From assembly GCA_964016885.1 (NCBI GenBank), contig OZ024746.1, positions 54,312,001 through 54,376,000 on the forward strand: DNA of 64,000 nt. The letters run 5' to 3'. The notes beneath the pieces were generated by a model. That model did no database searches. It was not told where the DNA came from and was given only the letters and a program-made list of their open reading frames with translations. The stretch comes from Eledone cirrhosa. Lineage: Eukaryota. Below are positions 12,751 through 27,641 of the stretch, in pieces (the first letter of the stretch is position 1; each line of letters starts with the position of its first letter). The position numbers and the translations under genes were made by a program.

Positions 12751-13736
12751 ATATTGTTATACTTGGGGAGGGTCATATTTGTGTAATACTGCCAGAATTA
12801 ATAACAGAACACTCTCACTGTTTGGTTGGTTTTCGCTTTTCGCTTCTGTGTCTTTTATATCGGTAATCTAAGATGTACATAAGATGTACATAAGATGTAC
12901 ATAAGATGTACAGAGGGTACTTGCAGAAACATGACAACAACATACATAGGCGAGACAGCTCGTAGCATAGGTGAGAGGATAGAACAACACTGGGGGGGAA
13001 CTAAAAGGACGAAAAAACGGTCCAGTACTATACGAACATGCCAGACAACAACACGACGGTAACATAGACAACATAGAAATTAGAATAATATCTAAACATA
13101 GAAATGACCCAGCAGATAGGCAAATCAGAGAGGCCAGTGAAATAGAACTTAGAAGGCCAAGGCTAAACAGAAAGAATGAATGGAATAACAACAACACCCA
13201 AACAAACAACACTGACCTAAGAGAAGTATAAATGAATAAATAGATAAATAAATAAATAAATACATACACAAGTACAATAACAACAAACACATATAAACAC
13301 ACACTAGTAAAGATAGAATACATTAACCAATACACTCACCCAATCACGAACACACATCAAACAAAACATATACACACACGCAAACGCATGCGCAAAGAAG
13401 ACAAAATAAAATAAACTAATAAATAAATATATAAACAGACGAAAGATGGCGTAGAAAATACAATGCAACGGGAGAAAACAATAGCACCACTGACGATGTG
13501 GCAGATGTGCAACGAAAGAACTTTGATAAACTATGTGTATGTGTTTGTGTCTATATTGTATCTGTATTATTTTTGACCGTTTGTCTGTCAATGGCAACAT
13601 TGAGGACCGAATAAATTAGATTACCGATATAAAAGACACAGAAGCGAAAAGCGATAACCAACCAAACAGTGAGTGTGTTCTGTTATTAATTCTGGCAATA
13701 TTACACAAATATGACCCTCCCCAAGTATAACAATAT
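12751..13736 (+). mobile_element. 5'-truncated PLE (GIY-YIG C-terminus) with an inverted copy of its 3' end at the 5' side
   Basis: About 12910-13190 translates, with one frameshift, to TYIGETARSIGERIEQH...VLYEHARQQHDG...RQIREASEIELRRPRLNRKNEW. Degenerate HHR CTGACGA...GAAA at 13486-13527. 12751-12871 is the reverse complement of 13616-13736. Confidence 0.8.
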
Positions 13737-13786
13737 ATATATATATATATTTATATTAATATATATATACATATATTTATAAATAA

Positions 13787-13960
13787 GTTTACCCTGGGTT
13801 CAAACGGGAGTAACCACAGTCAGTAAGGTACTCAATACATAGCAGAGTATAAATATTTAATATAGAAATGTCTTAATTCGGGAGAAATCATCAGGGCTTC
13901 CTGTTGATTTCTCCCGAATGAAACATTTCTAGTCCTGTAAAAGCATTTCTATATTAAATA
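13787..13960. mobile_element. Family A HHR fold-back copy
   Basis: ttcgggagaaatcatcagg-gctt-cctgttgatttctcccgaa hairpin; HHR 13895-13944 with a CTGTTGA core. Confidence 0.7.
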
Positions 13961-13965
13961 AATAA

Positions 13966-14090
<125 letters not shown>

Positions 14091-14167
14091 CATACATATA
14101 TATTTATATATATATATAATTCAATGATATTAAATAAATGGAAACTATATTTATAAAACCATATTAA

Positions 14168-14226
14168 TTTATTATATATATTTCAAGGGTACCAAGACAA
14201 CATTGGTACGCTTTCATCAGATAAAA
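14168..14226 (-). ncRNA. Type I hammerhead ribozyme (family B) within fold-back 14118-14420
   Basis: Minus strand: ttttat-CTGATGA-aagcgtacca...tggtaccctt-GAAA-tatata-TA-ataaa. Confidence 0.75.
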
Positions 14227-14457
14227 TACAAAGTTTGTTTCATAAATAGAGACGTACCCATGAAATATATATAATAAAATAAATATGGTTTTATAAATAT
14301 AGTTTCCACTTATTTAATATCATTGAATATTTACTCCAGTAATGCGTTGAGTGCTCTAAATCAGTTATAATCATTTATATTTGTCGGACTTCCAACAAAT
14401 TAAATACCCCTTCTACTTATATATATATATATGTGTGTGTGTATATATATGTATATA

Positions 14458-14528
<71 letters not shown>

Positions 14529-14742
14529 GAAATAACATAAGGCTGGACTGGTGTAAATCCTTGAAAGATTTATTATACTATGATCACTTCAATGACAGGG
14601 TTCCATATGAATCCGGTGATATCATCAGGTAATGAATATAACAAAGGAATATGTAAAAAACCATGGGTCCGAAAAACCATGGGTCCGAGAAACCAGAGAC
14701 AGAGAGAGCGGCTGACCAACTAGCTTCACAGCCAGTCGCCCT

Positions 14743-14863
<121 letters not shown>

Positions 14864-15086
14864 ATGTGTGTGTGGGGGGGGGGGGAGTTATCTATCTATC
14901 TATATGTATATATAATTGCGTATATATATCTATATATCTGCATAATTCCATGTGTGCATATATATGTGTCTGTGTGTGTATCTATAGACATACCCACAAC
15001 TAAGTGAATGCTATTTACGTAGGTACGTGTAATCTTTGTAATTATATGACAATGTTTCTGAACTAATTAAATATTGTCATGTTCGC

Positions 15087-17890
15087 AAATACATCAATAT
15101 CACCACCATTACCACCACCACCTTAATTATCAGCAACACCATCACCATCATTACCACCATCACTATCAGCACCACCACCACCTTAATTACCATCATCACC
15201 ATCATTGCCACCACCACCACCAACATCACCATCACCATCACCATCACCATCACCATCATTACCATCATCAGCACCATCTTTACCACGCTTACCATCATCA
15301 CCATCATTACCACCATCATTATCACCATCACCATCATTGCCACCATCATCATCACCATCATCATTACCATCTTTACCATCATTAACATCACCACCACCGC
15401 CACCACCACCATCACCATCATTACCACCATCATCATCACCATCATTACCAGCATCACTATCAGCACCACCACCAACTTAATTACCATCATCACCATCATT
15501 GCCACAACCACCATCATCAACTTCACCATCATCACCATCACCATCATTACCACCATCATTCTCACCATCATCACCATCACCATCATTACCACCATCATTC
15601 TCACCATCATTACCATCATCACCATGATTGCCACCATCATCATCATCATCACCATCATTACCACCATCATCATCACCATCATTACCACCATCACCATCAT
15701 CACCATCATCAGCACCATCTTTACCATCATTACCATCATCACCATCATTACCAGCATCATCATCACCATCCCATCATCACCATCACCAGCACCATCATTA
15801 CCACCATCATCTTCACCATCATTACCACCATCATCATCACCATCATTACCACCATCACTATCAGCACCACCACCACCTTAATCACCATCATCAACATCAT
15901 CACCATCATCAGCACCATCTTTACCATCATTATCACCATCACCATCATTACCACCATCATCATTACCATCATTACCACCACCATCATTACCACCATCACC
16001 AGCACCATCATTACCACCACCATCATTACCGTCATTACCACCATCACCAGCACCATCATTACCACCATCACCAGCACCATCATTACCACCACCATCATTA
16101 CCATTATTACCACCATCACCAGCACCATCATTACCACCACCATCATTACCGTCATTACCACCATCACCAGCACCATCATTACCACCACCATCATTACCAC
16201 CATCACCAGCACCATCATTACCACCACCATCATTACCATCACTATCATTACCATCATCTGCACAATCTTTACCATCATTACCATCATTGCCACCATCCTC
16301 ATCACCATCATCACCATCATCATCACCATCATCACCATCATTATCACCATCACTATCATTACCATCATCTGCACAATCTTTACCATCATTACCATCATCA
16401 CCATCATTACCACCATCACCATCATCATCATCATCATTATCACAATCACTGTCACCATCACCATCGCCGTCACCACATCAACAGCATCAATACCACCATC
16501 AACATCACCATGCAACAACATCAACACTATCATTACTACCATCATCATTATCATCATCATCATTATCACCATCACCGCATACAATAACATCATCGCCATC
16601 ATTAACACTATCACCCTCACCATCATCACCGCATACATCAGCATCATTATCAGCATCACCATCGCCACCATCATTATCACCATCATCATCATCCCCGCAT
16701 ACAACACCAGTTACACAATACCAATTCCACTATCTACACCACCACCACCACCACCACCACCACCACCAACATTACCACCACCACCACCACCACCACCACC
16801 ACCACCACCACCACCACCACCACCACCACCACCACCACCACCACTACCAACATTACCACCACCACCAACACCACCAGCACCACCACCACAACCACCAACA
16901 CTATCACCACCACAACCAACACTACCACCACCAACACTACCACCACCACCAACACCACCACCACCAACATTACCACCACCAACACTACCACCACCACCAC
17001 CACCAACACTACCACCACCACCAACACTATCACCACCACCACCAACACTACGACCACCACCAACACTATCACCACCACCACCAACACTACTACCACCACC
17101 ACCAACATCATCACCACCACCACCACCACCACCACCACTACCACCACCACCACCAACACTACCACCACCACCAACACTATCACCACCACCACAAACACTA
17201 CCACCACCACCACCACCACCAACAACACTACCACCACCACCACCAACATTATCACCACCACCACAACCAACACTACCACCACCACCACCACCACCACCAA
17301 CACTATCACCACCAACACTACCACCACCAACAACACTACCACCACCACAAACACTATCACCACCACGACCAACACTACCCACCACCACCAACACTATTTC
17401 CACAACCACCAACACTACCACCACCACAAACACTACCACCAGCACCACCAACACTACCACCACCACCACCACCAACATTATCACCACCAACACTACCACC
17501 ACCACCACCACCACCACCACCAACACTACCACCACCACCAACACTATCACCACCACCACCAACACTACCACCACCACCAACACCACCAACACTATCACCA
17601 CCACCACCAACACTACCGCCACCACCAACATTATCACCACCACCACCAACACTACGACCACCATCACCATTGCACATACTACATACACTAACAGTAACAA
17701 TAACCCCCGCCATTATAACCACTACGGACATTCCCCGACCCCACTATCACTACCAATACCACCTTTGCATCAATAACATCAACAACACCAACATTAGCAA
17801 CAACAACAACCAATATTGCATCAATAACATCAACAACTCCAACATTAACAACAACAACAACCAATATTAACAACAACAACAACAACATCA
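15087..17890. repeat. Degenerate trinucleotide satellite grading CAT/CAC to CAC/CAA
   Basis: Continuous CAY/CAA-based low-complexity tract; poly-His, poly-Pro and poly-Val ORFs are by-products. Confidence 0.95.
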
Positions 17891-18725
17891 AAATGCATTG
17901 AAGAACAGATATTGTGATTTAATTTCATACGCTTAAGGCGAGAAAAGTTTTACAGAATACCTGATTAATAATTATGAAGACAGTCTTGATGGCTGTGATG
18001 GTGGCGCTGTCGTCAGATTGGAGGGGGGGTGAGAGAAGACGAGCGATGAGTGTTAGAAAGTGGGATGGATGATGGAGGCGAAGGGGTGGGTGGGTGTTAC
18101 CGATCGATGACTACAGAGTGATGTAGCGGGCGGGACACGTAGGACGCACTTCAGGTGAATTCTTAGAATGTGGGTAATTAATGTGTTGTAATTAGTACAT
18201 AATACTATATGGTTGAACTATGACCCCTTCCTTATTAGATTGCAGATTGGAAGCGTCAGTCGATGAAACGCCATCGTAAGAAACTGGGAATATTGCTTCG
18301 CCTCGACTTTGCTTTGTACAGCTTTTCGAGGTTAGCGAGGTTAGTATTGGACAAAACACGGTTCCACTGTTCGCTGTCATGTTTGTTGTTGTTCTTCTTC
18401 TTCTTGTCGGTATGTTTGCCGATGTTGCTGCAGCTGCCAGTGTTGCCGCTCTTGCTACGGCCTAAATTAGTATCAGGTCCGAAATACGTGATTAATCAGG
18501 AGTTTTACTTGGGAAGACTTAGCAAAAACACCGACTTGGCAGCCGAAATTCTTCAGAGATGTCTTCGAGAAGAGATTCCTCGCTTTCAATCATAATTGAA
18601 AATTAAATTTTGGTAATTGTTCTCATTCCAGCAGAATGCCAAATTAATCCGAATGTTCACCACCCCTTGGGGGCTTTCGTTTTTAATATCAAACCTTACC
18701 AGTAGAGCTTCTAAAATCCATCATG

Positions 18726-18727
<2 letters not shown>

Positions 18728-18780
<53 letters not shown>

Positions 18781-18800
18781 CATCATTATTATTATTATTA

Positions 18801-18883
<83 letters not shown>
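18728..18883. repeat. (TTA)n microsatellite
   Basis: Direct reading. Confidence 0.95.
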
Positions 18884-18885
<2 letters not shown>

Positions 18886-19002
18886 AAGAATAATGCCGAT
18901 ATATCATATTGGTGGAGTTTCAATGAATCCAGAGCTACAATCAATGCAGCTGGCAAACTACTTTTGTGATTAGGTTTCGATTCCTAGTGGGGTGGTATTA
19001 TT

Positions 19003-19560
19003 GAATTGGCAGTCTCGGTAGAGCGTCAGACACCATGCTTTGCAGCATAGAGTTATATCCCTTTACGTTCTGAGTTCAAATCCAGCCGTGGTTAATTTTG
19101 CCTTTCATCCTTACGGGGAAGATAAGATAAATTACCCGTAATGCATTGGGTAATTGCTGGCCTTGTGCCAAAAGTAGAAGCAAGTATTACTTGAATTATG
19201 GGTCTTCGAATAACTTTTATTTAGATTGTGAAGAAAGGAAAACGGTCATCTTAATCCGTTGCAAACAATGATGATTTCTGATTTAGTCACAAGGCCAGCA
19301 ATTTAGTCTGAGGAGAAATTCGATTAAATAGACCCCTGAGCGTTACTGGTGCTTTATTATATCGACCCCGCATGGATGAAAGGCAATATTAACATCGGCG
19401 GGATTTGTAGCAAATAATAATAATGATTTCTAGTATAGGCACAAGGCGGGAGGGGAATTTGGTGGGAGGGGAACGTCGATTAAATCGACCCCAGTTTGTT
19501 ACTGGTGATTTATTTTACCAACTCCGCATGGATGAAAGGCAATGTTAACATCGGCGGAAA
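19003..19560. mobile_element. Cluster of three Nin-like SINE copies (19003-19185 +, 19275-19408 -, 19426-19560 -)
   Basis: Shared core gcctttcatcc...gtcgataaaataa...ccag. Confidence 0.75.
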
Positions 19561-19599
19561 TTGCAGCAAATAATAATGATAATAATTATAATGGATTAC

Positions 19600-20445
19600 G
19601 AAGTTGCGCCAAGGCATCTCTGAAGGGAGGTAAACTAATGAAAAACCTTAGTATCTTGTTAGATAAAGAAACTGAGATAAGAGAATTAGATCAAATACAG
19701 ACAAATACAAATCAACAAGCTAGACAGGTTTCAACATATACAGATGAAAGAGAAGATTAGAAAGGAATACCACAAACGGATTAGATTACGTCTTAAAACT
19801 GAATTAAATGCAAAGAATAATGTAATTGGCATCAATACAGTTTTAATATTCTGAACTGGACACTAAAAGAACTAGCTGGAATAAACAGGAATAACAAGAA
19901 TATAATGACTGCATTTAGAATACACGATCCGAAATCAGTTGCAGAAAGATTATACTTACCACGAACACACGGAGGAAGGGGCCTTATGCAACTAGAACAC
20001 CGTTATAAAATAACCTGTCTAGACTACGAAAATAGTTACAAATTATGAACAGAAAAAAAATGTACTCAGTCTTCAAAGAGGCAAAGCATTTCAAAGCAGA
20101 AACCAGATTAACAGATAACTGTGAAGAAAAAGGAAAACAAACAAAAAACAACAGAAATTATAGGACACTTAAAATCTAAACCGCAAAGAAACCTCCAGAA
20201 TGGCATGTTAAATTGATAGCAAGAAAAACACTTACATGGCTAATACTTGAAAAAGTTGAATAAAGAGGAAGTATACAAGAAAAACACACGAAACTGGCTG
20301 CGAAATACTTGCCTAGATGTCGAAACGGGAGGACTTCTATTTGTAGCACAAAACCAAAGCTTCCCTACAAGAAATCACAAGAAGTACATAATGAAGCAGA
20401 ACATAGTACGTAACCGCAGAATATGTGGAGGTGTACAGAAAATTC
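19600..20445 (+). pseudogene. Degraded R4/Dong-type RT C-terminal fragment
   Basis: LKTELNAKNNVIGINT, ERLYLPRTHGGRGLMQLE and ETGGLLFVAQNQSFPTRNH, homologous to 48769-50601. Confidence 0.75.
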
Positions 20446-21000
20446 TACCTTTACCGATATTCCCTCGGAAATTCAGATTGACACACTGTGACATAGCTGG
20501 CCCTTTTAATTATCGGTACCCATTAGATATTGCAAGTTGAATGCGATACATTTGGAGATTAAAGAATTACATTTTCAGCGGTATGATCTCGTGGTCATCA
20601 AGGCTTGAACATTCTAACGTGGATAGACCTCATAGAACCTACCACACAGAGCTATGTGAGAATAGTGAGTGGAACCCGGAAGTTCTCATACGAGCAATGG
20701 ACGACAGAGTCGGATAAAGAAGGAGAGTCATGGTGATCCGTGCATCCAGCACGTTTAAATGGAGATGAGGACGACATATCACTTTTAGCCAGTTCAGTGG
20801 ACTAAAGCAAATTGAAATAAGGTAACTTGCCCAAGATCACAGCGTGACACCGGGAATCGTACTTACGTCTTTAATATCCTGAGCCAAACGCCCTAATTAA
20901 CAGAACATGTGTGTTTCCCCATCCCATTAACTTAGTAACAATGACATTGATTCCATTGAAATTTTGCTAATATTTTTGACGTTATCATAAAATCGAGAAT

Positions 21001-21480
21001 GATCTGAGTTCAAATCCCGTCGAGATTAACTTTGCCTTTCAACCTTACGGGGTCGGTAAAATAAAGTACCAGTGTCACGCTGGGGTCGATTTAATCGACT
21101 TTCCCCTCCTCCAAAATTCCTGGCCTTGTGCCTATATAAGAAACCGTTATCATAAAATCGACAGGCGCAGCATTGATGAATGGTTAAGGAGTTCGCATCG
21201 AAATCATCATGTCTCAGGTTCAATGCCACTGCATGGTATCTGGCGTAAGTGTTATGTAACATAACTTTAGGTTGACTCATATCTTGTAAGTGAAATTATT
21301 AGGACGGAAACGATTTGAACTGTTTCCGAATTACAAAGGTTAGCGTAACAAAACAGTGTGTCACGTTGAATCACTCTGAGAATTATGTTAAAGATACACG
21401 TGTATGTGGAATACTCAGTCATCATTTGCCTTTACGAGCAGGCCATTATCATCGTCAAATTTGACGGACGTTCTTTGAAT
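21001..21480 (+). mobile_element. Truncated Nin-like SINE (21001-21145) followed by a second tRNA-derived SINE family (21161-21480)
   Basis: Second element has a tRNA-like head (aatggttaagga...ggttcaatgcc) and a body similar to the reverse complement of 38980-39357. Confidence 0.6.
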
Positions 21481-23429
21481 TCCACCACAAAATCGAATAT
21501 TTTCTTCCCAATATGTTTGCTTGCAAATATGAAAGATTATTATTATTTTAAATGTTATTTTTTACGTGTAGCTAATTGCTTTTTGTTTTGTTTTAATATT
21601 TTTTTCCTGAAATAGTAACATTTTCTATTCTTCACAACCTAAGGTCAAATTTAACATTTAAAATATTTGCAAAAATGTCCATTCCCGAGATTTTTAACTG
21701 ATAATCAATAAAAAATTTATAAAACCTGAAGGTATTTAAACCGTAAAAATAAATTTGAAAACTATAGATTTTTAAATTATATTTTAACCTAGTTTATTAA
21801 TTTTTTTTACTTTAGGTGTTCCTATATTTAAATGTGTTAATATTTCCTCGTGTGTAATCACCATATGAACAGGATTCTTAACAAAGATTTTTTTACTTTT
21901 TCACCATTAAGGATTTTCTAGCGTTATACATTGTGTACAAGAACGGGGTGTATATATGTGTGTGTCTGCTTGTGGACGCAGCTGTTATGAATTCATGAGG
22001 GCTCGGGTTCGACGTGAGTCGTTACGCGAGTTTAATTTACGGTGGTCTTGACCCAGAAACTGTGAGTCAAATTGGAGCAATGAAAGCTGGTAGAAAGTCT
22101 GTTGGAGGCGCTATAACTGTACTTCCAGTAGTCAGCTTTGTCACACACTGACTTACTCTAGAATTACATTAAACGTACACATGTGTCTGGAATGCCCAGC
22201 CACTTACACGATAATTTCACGAGCAGGCTTTTCAGTTGTCCTAGTAGTATATTACATTGCGTGCTTGTATGTTTGTGTGGATATATATATATATATAGAG
22301 AGAGAGAATGAGAGTGGGAGAATAGGGAGAGAGAAAGAGGAAGATAGAAAGACAGATATGTGGGTGTTAACCGAATCATTTGGATCAATCTCAACCCTTG
22401 GTTTGGTCACTACTTATTTTACCTACACTAGAAATATAAAAGATAAAGTGTTAATTTTGGTGGGATTGAACAGAAATTATTAAGGAACTAATTACATCAT
22501 GGTACTAGTGACCAATATTGGATATTAGACTTCATACGATTCCAGGTTTAACACAATAATCTGGCCCTTGGTTGTATTTAGTAGAGTACAATCCGTTAGA
22601 AGATTTTCGAATAACTCGTAGGTTTGAGGCTAAATTGTTTCTTTTTTTTGCGTAAAATTATGATGGAAAGTTACAATACAAGTGTTTTAGTCAAGGACGC
22701 AATGCATCACTGGAAATCGAACTGAGAACTAACACACAAACAACAACATCAGAAACAATAGCAATAACAATTACTTAATGCAACAACAATTTCAACAACA
22801 CTATCACCAACAACAAAATGGATTTACTTAGTGATAAATATGGGTAATGATAAAATGTCGGAAGAACGCAAGTACGAGAAGGTATGTATGTATGTATGTA
22901 TGTATGTATGTATGTATGTATGTATGAATGTATGTATGTATGTATGTATGTATGTATGTGCAAGGCCTTTCACCACTTAAAAAAAACTTTCAAAGCTCAG
23001 GCATTGCTTGTTTAGGATATGTTACACTTTCGTGTGGCTGGCCGTAGCCTAAAAGTGCACCAAATTTTGTAATCTAACAAGCAATTGTAATACTCTTAGC
23101 AGAGTTTGCTGCCATCATGTATGTATGTGTGTACGTAAGTATGTAAGTGTGTATGTATGTGTATGTATGTATGTATGTATGTATGTATGTATGTATGTAT
23201 GTATGTATGTATGTATGTATGTATGTATGTATACAATATGATGGTATCCAATGATGTTGACTTGTTCTTCTTTTTGGTAAATATCATCTTGGTTAAGAGA
23301 GTGGGACTGGCTTTGTGCAGTGCCTTTGCTCACTATAAAAGCTTCACGGCACAGGCATTGCATTATATCTGGAGATCTCTCTGCACTTGTCGTCACATGG
23401 TACCATGGGCCCAGCACTATGTGTCAATA

Positions 23430-23577
23430 ATTGTCACAAGTGTATTATTTGTACCAGAGTTTTCAAGTCGCTGGCAGGACTAAAAAGTCACACTCGTTCA
23501 GCGCAACGGTAGGGTTTCTCCTACAAGGATATAAATAGTGGCCGTACTCGAAAACGAATTGGCAGCCACCATGTATA
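23430..23577 (+). pseudogene. RTE/BovB-like LINE 3' end
   Basis: CIICTRVFKSLAGLKSHTRSAQR* C-terminal zinc-finger-like motif followed by a short 3' UTR. Confidence 0.55.
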
Positions 23578-24069
23578 CAATAAACAAAACAAAGCACCAG
23601 TAATGCACTAGGATAATGAACAAGTAAACAACTGAAATACTATCACCAACACCAATAACAGGAATCAATCACACTGTCAAACGATCCCGAACCGATCATC
23701 CATGATTAATAAACCACGCCTATACACAGATCTAAGGTATAGATTCACGGCCTTACGATCAAGGGCCAAACAGCCTCCACCACCCCACCAGGAATCAAAC
23801 TCATGGTGTTACGAACATGGGTCAAACAAGCTCTAACCACTGAGCTACGTGCCATCACATCGATAACATGTAATGATGGTTGGCATGTAATTACAGTAAT
23901 ATGTGGAGAGTATTTACGGTATCTCAACAGCAAAACTGGAGCTAAAGGTAAAAATCTTGTTGACACGAAGATTAATTAAAAGACTCAAGTAGAAAAAGCT
24001 ATGACTAATTACATTAACGCTACAATAGATAACTGCTTAATGAACGAGCCATACTTCATTGGGATTTAT

Positions 24070-24638
24070 ATTTGTGTACATGTATGTATGTATATATGTA
24101 TGAGTGTATGTATGTATTTATGTATGCATGTATGTATGTATATATGTATGTATATCTGTATGTATGTATGTATGTATCTATGTATGTAAGTATGTATGTA
24201 TCTATGTATGTATTTATGTTTGCATGTATGAATGTATTTATGTATGCATGTATATATGTATATATGTATGTATATATGTATGTATGTATATATGTATGTA
24301 TGTATCTATGTATGTATCTATGTATGTATCTATGTATCTATTTATGTATGCATGTATGTATGTATTTATGTATGCATGTATGTATATATGTATGTATGTA
24401 TATATGTATGCATGTATATATGTATGTATATATGTATGTATGTATCTATGTATGTATCTATGTATCTATTTATGTATGCATGTATGTATGAATATATGTA
24501 TGAATGTATGTATCTATGTATGTACGAATGTATGTATGTAGGTATGTAAGTAAGTATGTATGTAAGTATGCATTTATGTATGTATGTATGTATATAAGCA
24601 CGTATGTATGTGCATATATATATATATATATATGTTTG

Positions 24639-24676
<38 letters not shown>

Positions 24677-24790
24677 CGTGTATGTGCGTGTGTGCCTGTT
24701 TGTATATATATATATATATATATATGTATATGTGTGTGTATATGTGTGTGTTTGTGTGTGTGTATATATGTGTGTGTATGTGTGCGTGTG
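24070..24790. repeat. (TATG)n/(TG)n compound microsatellite
   Basis: Direct reading. Confidence 0.95.
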
Positions 24791-25334
24791 ATTTGTTTGC
24801 TCCAATTGTATTTTAGAAGAAAATCAATAATCTACACGACAAATTCTCTATTGCTTAGTTAATGAACTTGATGATGATGATGCTGATGATGATGATGATG
24901 ATGATGATGTTAGTGATGGTAGTGGTAGTGGCGGTGGAGAGATAGTAGGTGGTGATGACGGAGGTGGGGAAGATGGAGGTGCTGATGCTGATGAGGATTC
25001 TGTTGGTGGTGAGATTCTGTTTGGGATGATGATGATGATGGTGAATCCGAAAAATCAAGCAAACGTAATACAAAAAACCTCAGCCATAAAACCTTCATAA
25101 GCATCACACTCAATCTACACCACCACCACCACCAACAACAACAACAGCAACAATAACAACTATTACACCTATCACCATAGTAACTGTGGCGCCAACAGCA
25201 GCATCTAGATCATTAGCAAATGGTCAAAACTAGCAACTTTACAACAGTAACAAAATACAAAAACAAAATAAACAAGCAAACAAAACATTAGCAACATTAA
25301 CAACAACACAAACATCAAAGCCATCAATAATGAT

Positions 25335-26775
25335 TTCGAGCATTGGCACAAGGTCAATAATTTTGAGGAGGGGAGGTCGATTAAATTGACCCAGTACGTT
25401 ACTGGTACTTTATTTCATCGACCCCGAAAGGCAAATTGAACTCCGGTGGGATTTGAAATCAGACCGTAAAGGACCGTAACTCTATGCTGAAAAGCATGGC
25501 ATATGACCCTCTCCCGATACTGCCAATCCACCGGTCTAAAACCGACAATAATGGTTTCTTTTATAGGCACAAGGCCACCAATTTGGGGGGGGAGGGGAAA
25601 GTCGATTAAATCGACCCCAGTGCGTGACGGGTGCTTTATTTTATCGACCCCGTAAGGACGAAATACAAAGTTAACCTCGACAGGATTTGAACTCAGATCA
25701 TAAAGGACCGTAATTATATGCTGCAAAGCACAGTGTCCGACCCTCTACCGATACTGCCAATCCACCGCTGCCATATCAAAACAACAATAATAACAACAGA
25801 AATTATTATATTTAACTGAACAGAACAACAATTACAACAATAATCATATAATACAACAAAAAGGCAACAACTACAACAATAATAACTATAACACTAACAA
25901 CCTAAACAGAAACTTCCCGTACTCCAACTCAAACATCAATACCAGAAACAAAACCAATAGCAACAACTTAATGCTACAACTATTTCACCAGCACTATCAC
26001 CTACAACCGACGAAAAAGGCCAGCAATTATCTCAGTGCATTACTGGTACTTTTATTTTATCGACCCCGTAAGGATGAAAGGCAAAGTTAACCTCGGCGTG
26101 ATTTGAACTCCGACCGTAAAGGGCCGTAACTCTATGCTGCAAAGTATGGAGTTTATCGCTCAACTGATACTGAATAACATCAAAGACTCCTGCAATGACA
26201 GCAGTAATGATTACGACAACATCAATATAACATAACAACACCTGTTGAAACTCTAATAACAACAACAACAACAGCAACAGTAAAATGAACAATGATAACC
26301 ACATCTACTAGAGCAACTCTTTCTATATTTGGCACATGGCCACCATTTGAATGGAAGGGGAAAATCAACCAAATCTACCCCAGTGCGTTACTGGTACTTC
26401 ATTTTATCCAAGCCGATATGGATGAAAGGCAAAGCTTCCCTCAGCGGGATTTGAATACAGGACGTAATGAGGCATAAATAAACACTATAAAGCATTTTGT
26501 CCGAAGCTCTACCAATTCGGCCAATCCGGCGCCATATCTACTATTATAACAACAACAACTACTCGAGCAAGCATCAGATAATGCAACAATAATTGTTTCT
26601 ACTTTAGGCACAAGACCAGCAATTACTCACTACATTACTGGTACTTTATTTTATCGACCCCGTAAGGATGAAAGGCAAAATGAACCTCGGCGGGATTTGA
26701 ACTGAGATCGTAAAGGGACGTAACTATGCTGGAAAGCATGGCGTCCGACCCTCTACCGATACTGCCAATCCACCA
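25335..26775 (-). mobile_element. Five co-oriented Nin-like SINE copies (25335-25533, 25553-25768, 26015-26150, 26320-26532, 26596-26775) between AAC-rich spacers
   Basis: Recurrent ctggtac...ttttatcgaccccgtaaggatgaaaggcaaa...gatttgaactc...gccaatcc. Confidence 0.8.
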
Positions 26776-27019
26776 ATGTTAACAATACGATCACCAACAT
26801 CCAAAAGAGCAGCAACAGCAACAAGAACATCAACGATAACACTACCAACAACATTAGTAACATCAATAACTAGAACTGCAACATCAAAGCACCGACTATA
26901 GTTGTAACAACATCATTAACAACCTCAACGATATCATCATCACCATCAACCACAACAATAATAGTAACAATAAGAATAACAACACCACCATCACCATCAA
27001 CAACAGCAGCAACACCACT

Positions 27020-27051
<32 letters not shown>

Positions 27052-27061
27052 CAACACCACT

Positions 27062-27093
<32 letters not shown>

Positions 27094-27331
27094 CAACACC
27101 ACGAACAGCAACAACACTACTACTAACACCACTACCACCACCACCACCAACAACAACAACACTACCACCACCACCACCATCACCACCAACAACAACAACA
27201 CTAACACCACCACCATCACCACCAACAACAACAACACTAACACCACCACCACCAACAACAACAACACTAACACCACCACCACCAACAACAACAACACTAA
27301 CACCACCACCAACAACAACAACAACACTAAC

Positions 27332-27362
<31 letters not shown>

Positions 27363-27367
27363 CTAAC

Positions 27368-27398
<31 letters not shown>

Positions 27399-27403
27399 CT
27401 AAC

Positions 27404-27435
<32 letters not shown>

Positions 27436-27610
27436 CACTAACACCACTACCACCACCACCACCAACAACAACAACACTACCACCACCACCATCACCACCA
27501 ACAACAACAACACTAACACCACCACCACCAACAACAACAACACTAACACCACCACCAACAACAACAACACTAACACCACCACCACCAACAACAACAACAA
27601 CAACACTAAC

Positions 27611-27641
<31 letters not shown>

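Noticed and set aside
14585-14640. Minus-strand CTGATGA...GGAA...GTC
   Set aside because: Stem I does not pair and GAAA is altered.
15074-17891. Long His-, Pro/Ser-, Gly- and Met/Val-rich ORFs
   Set aside because: Open in many frames on both strands because CAY/CAA repeats rarely make stops; no domain or splice evidence.
24001-24862. [12 protein letters not shown] ORFs here and throughout
   Set aside because: Translations of di- and tetranucleotide microsatellites.
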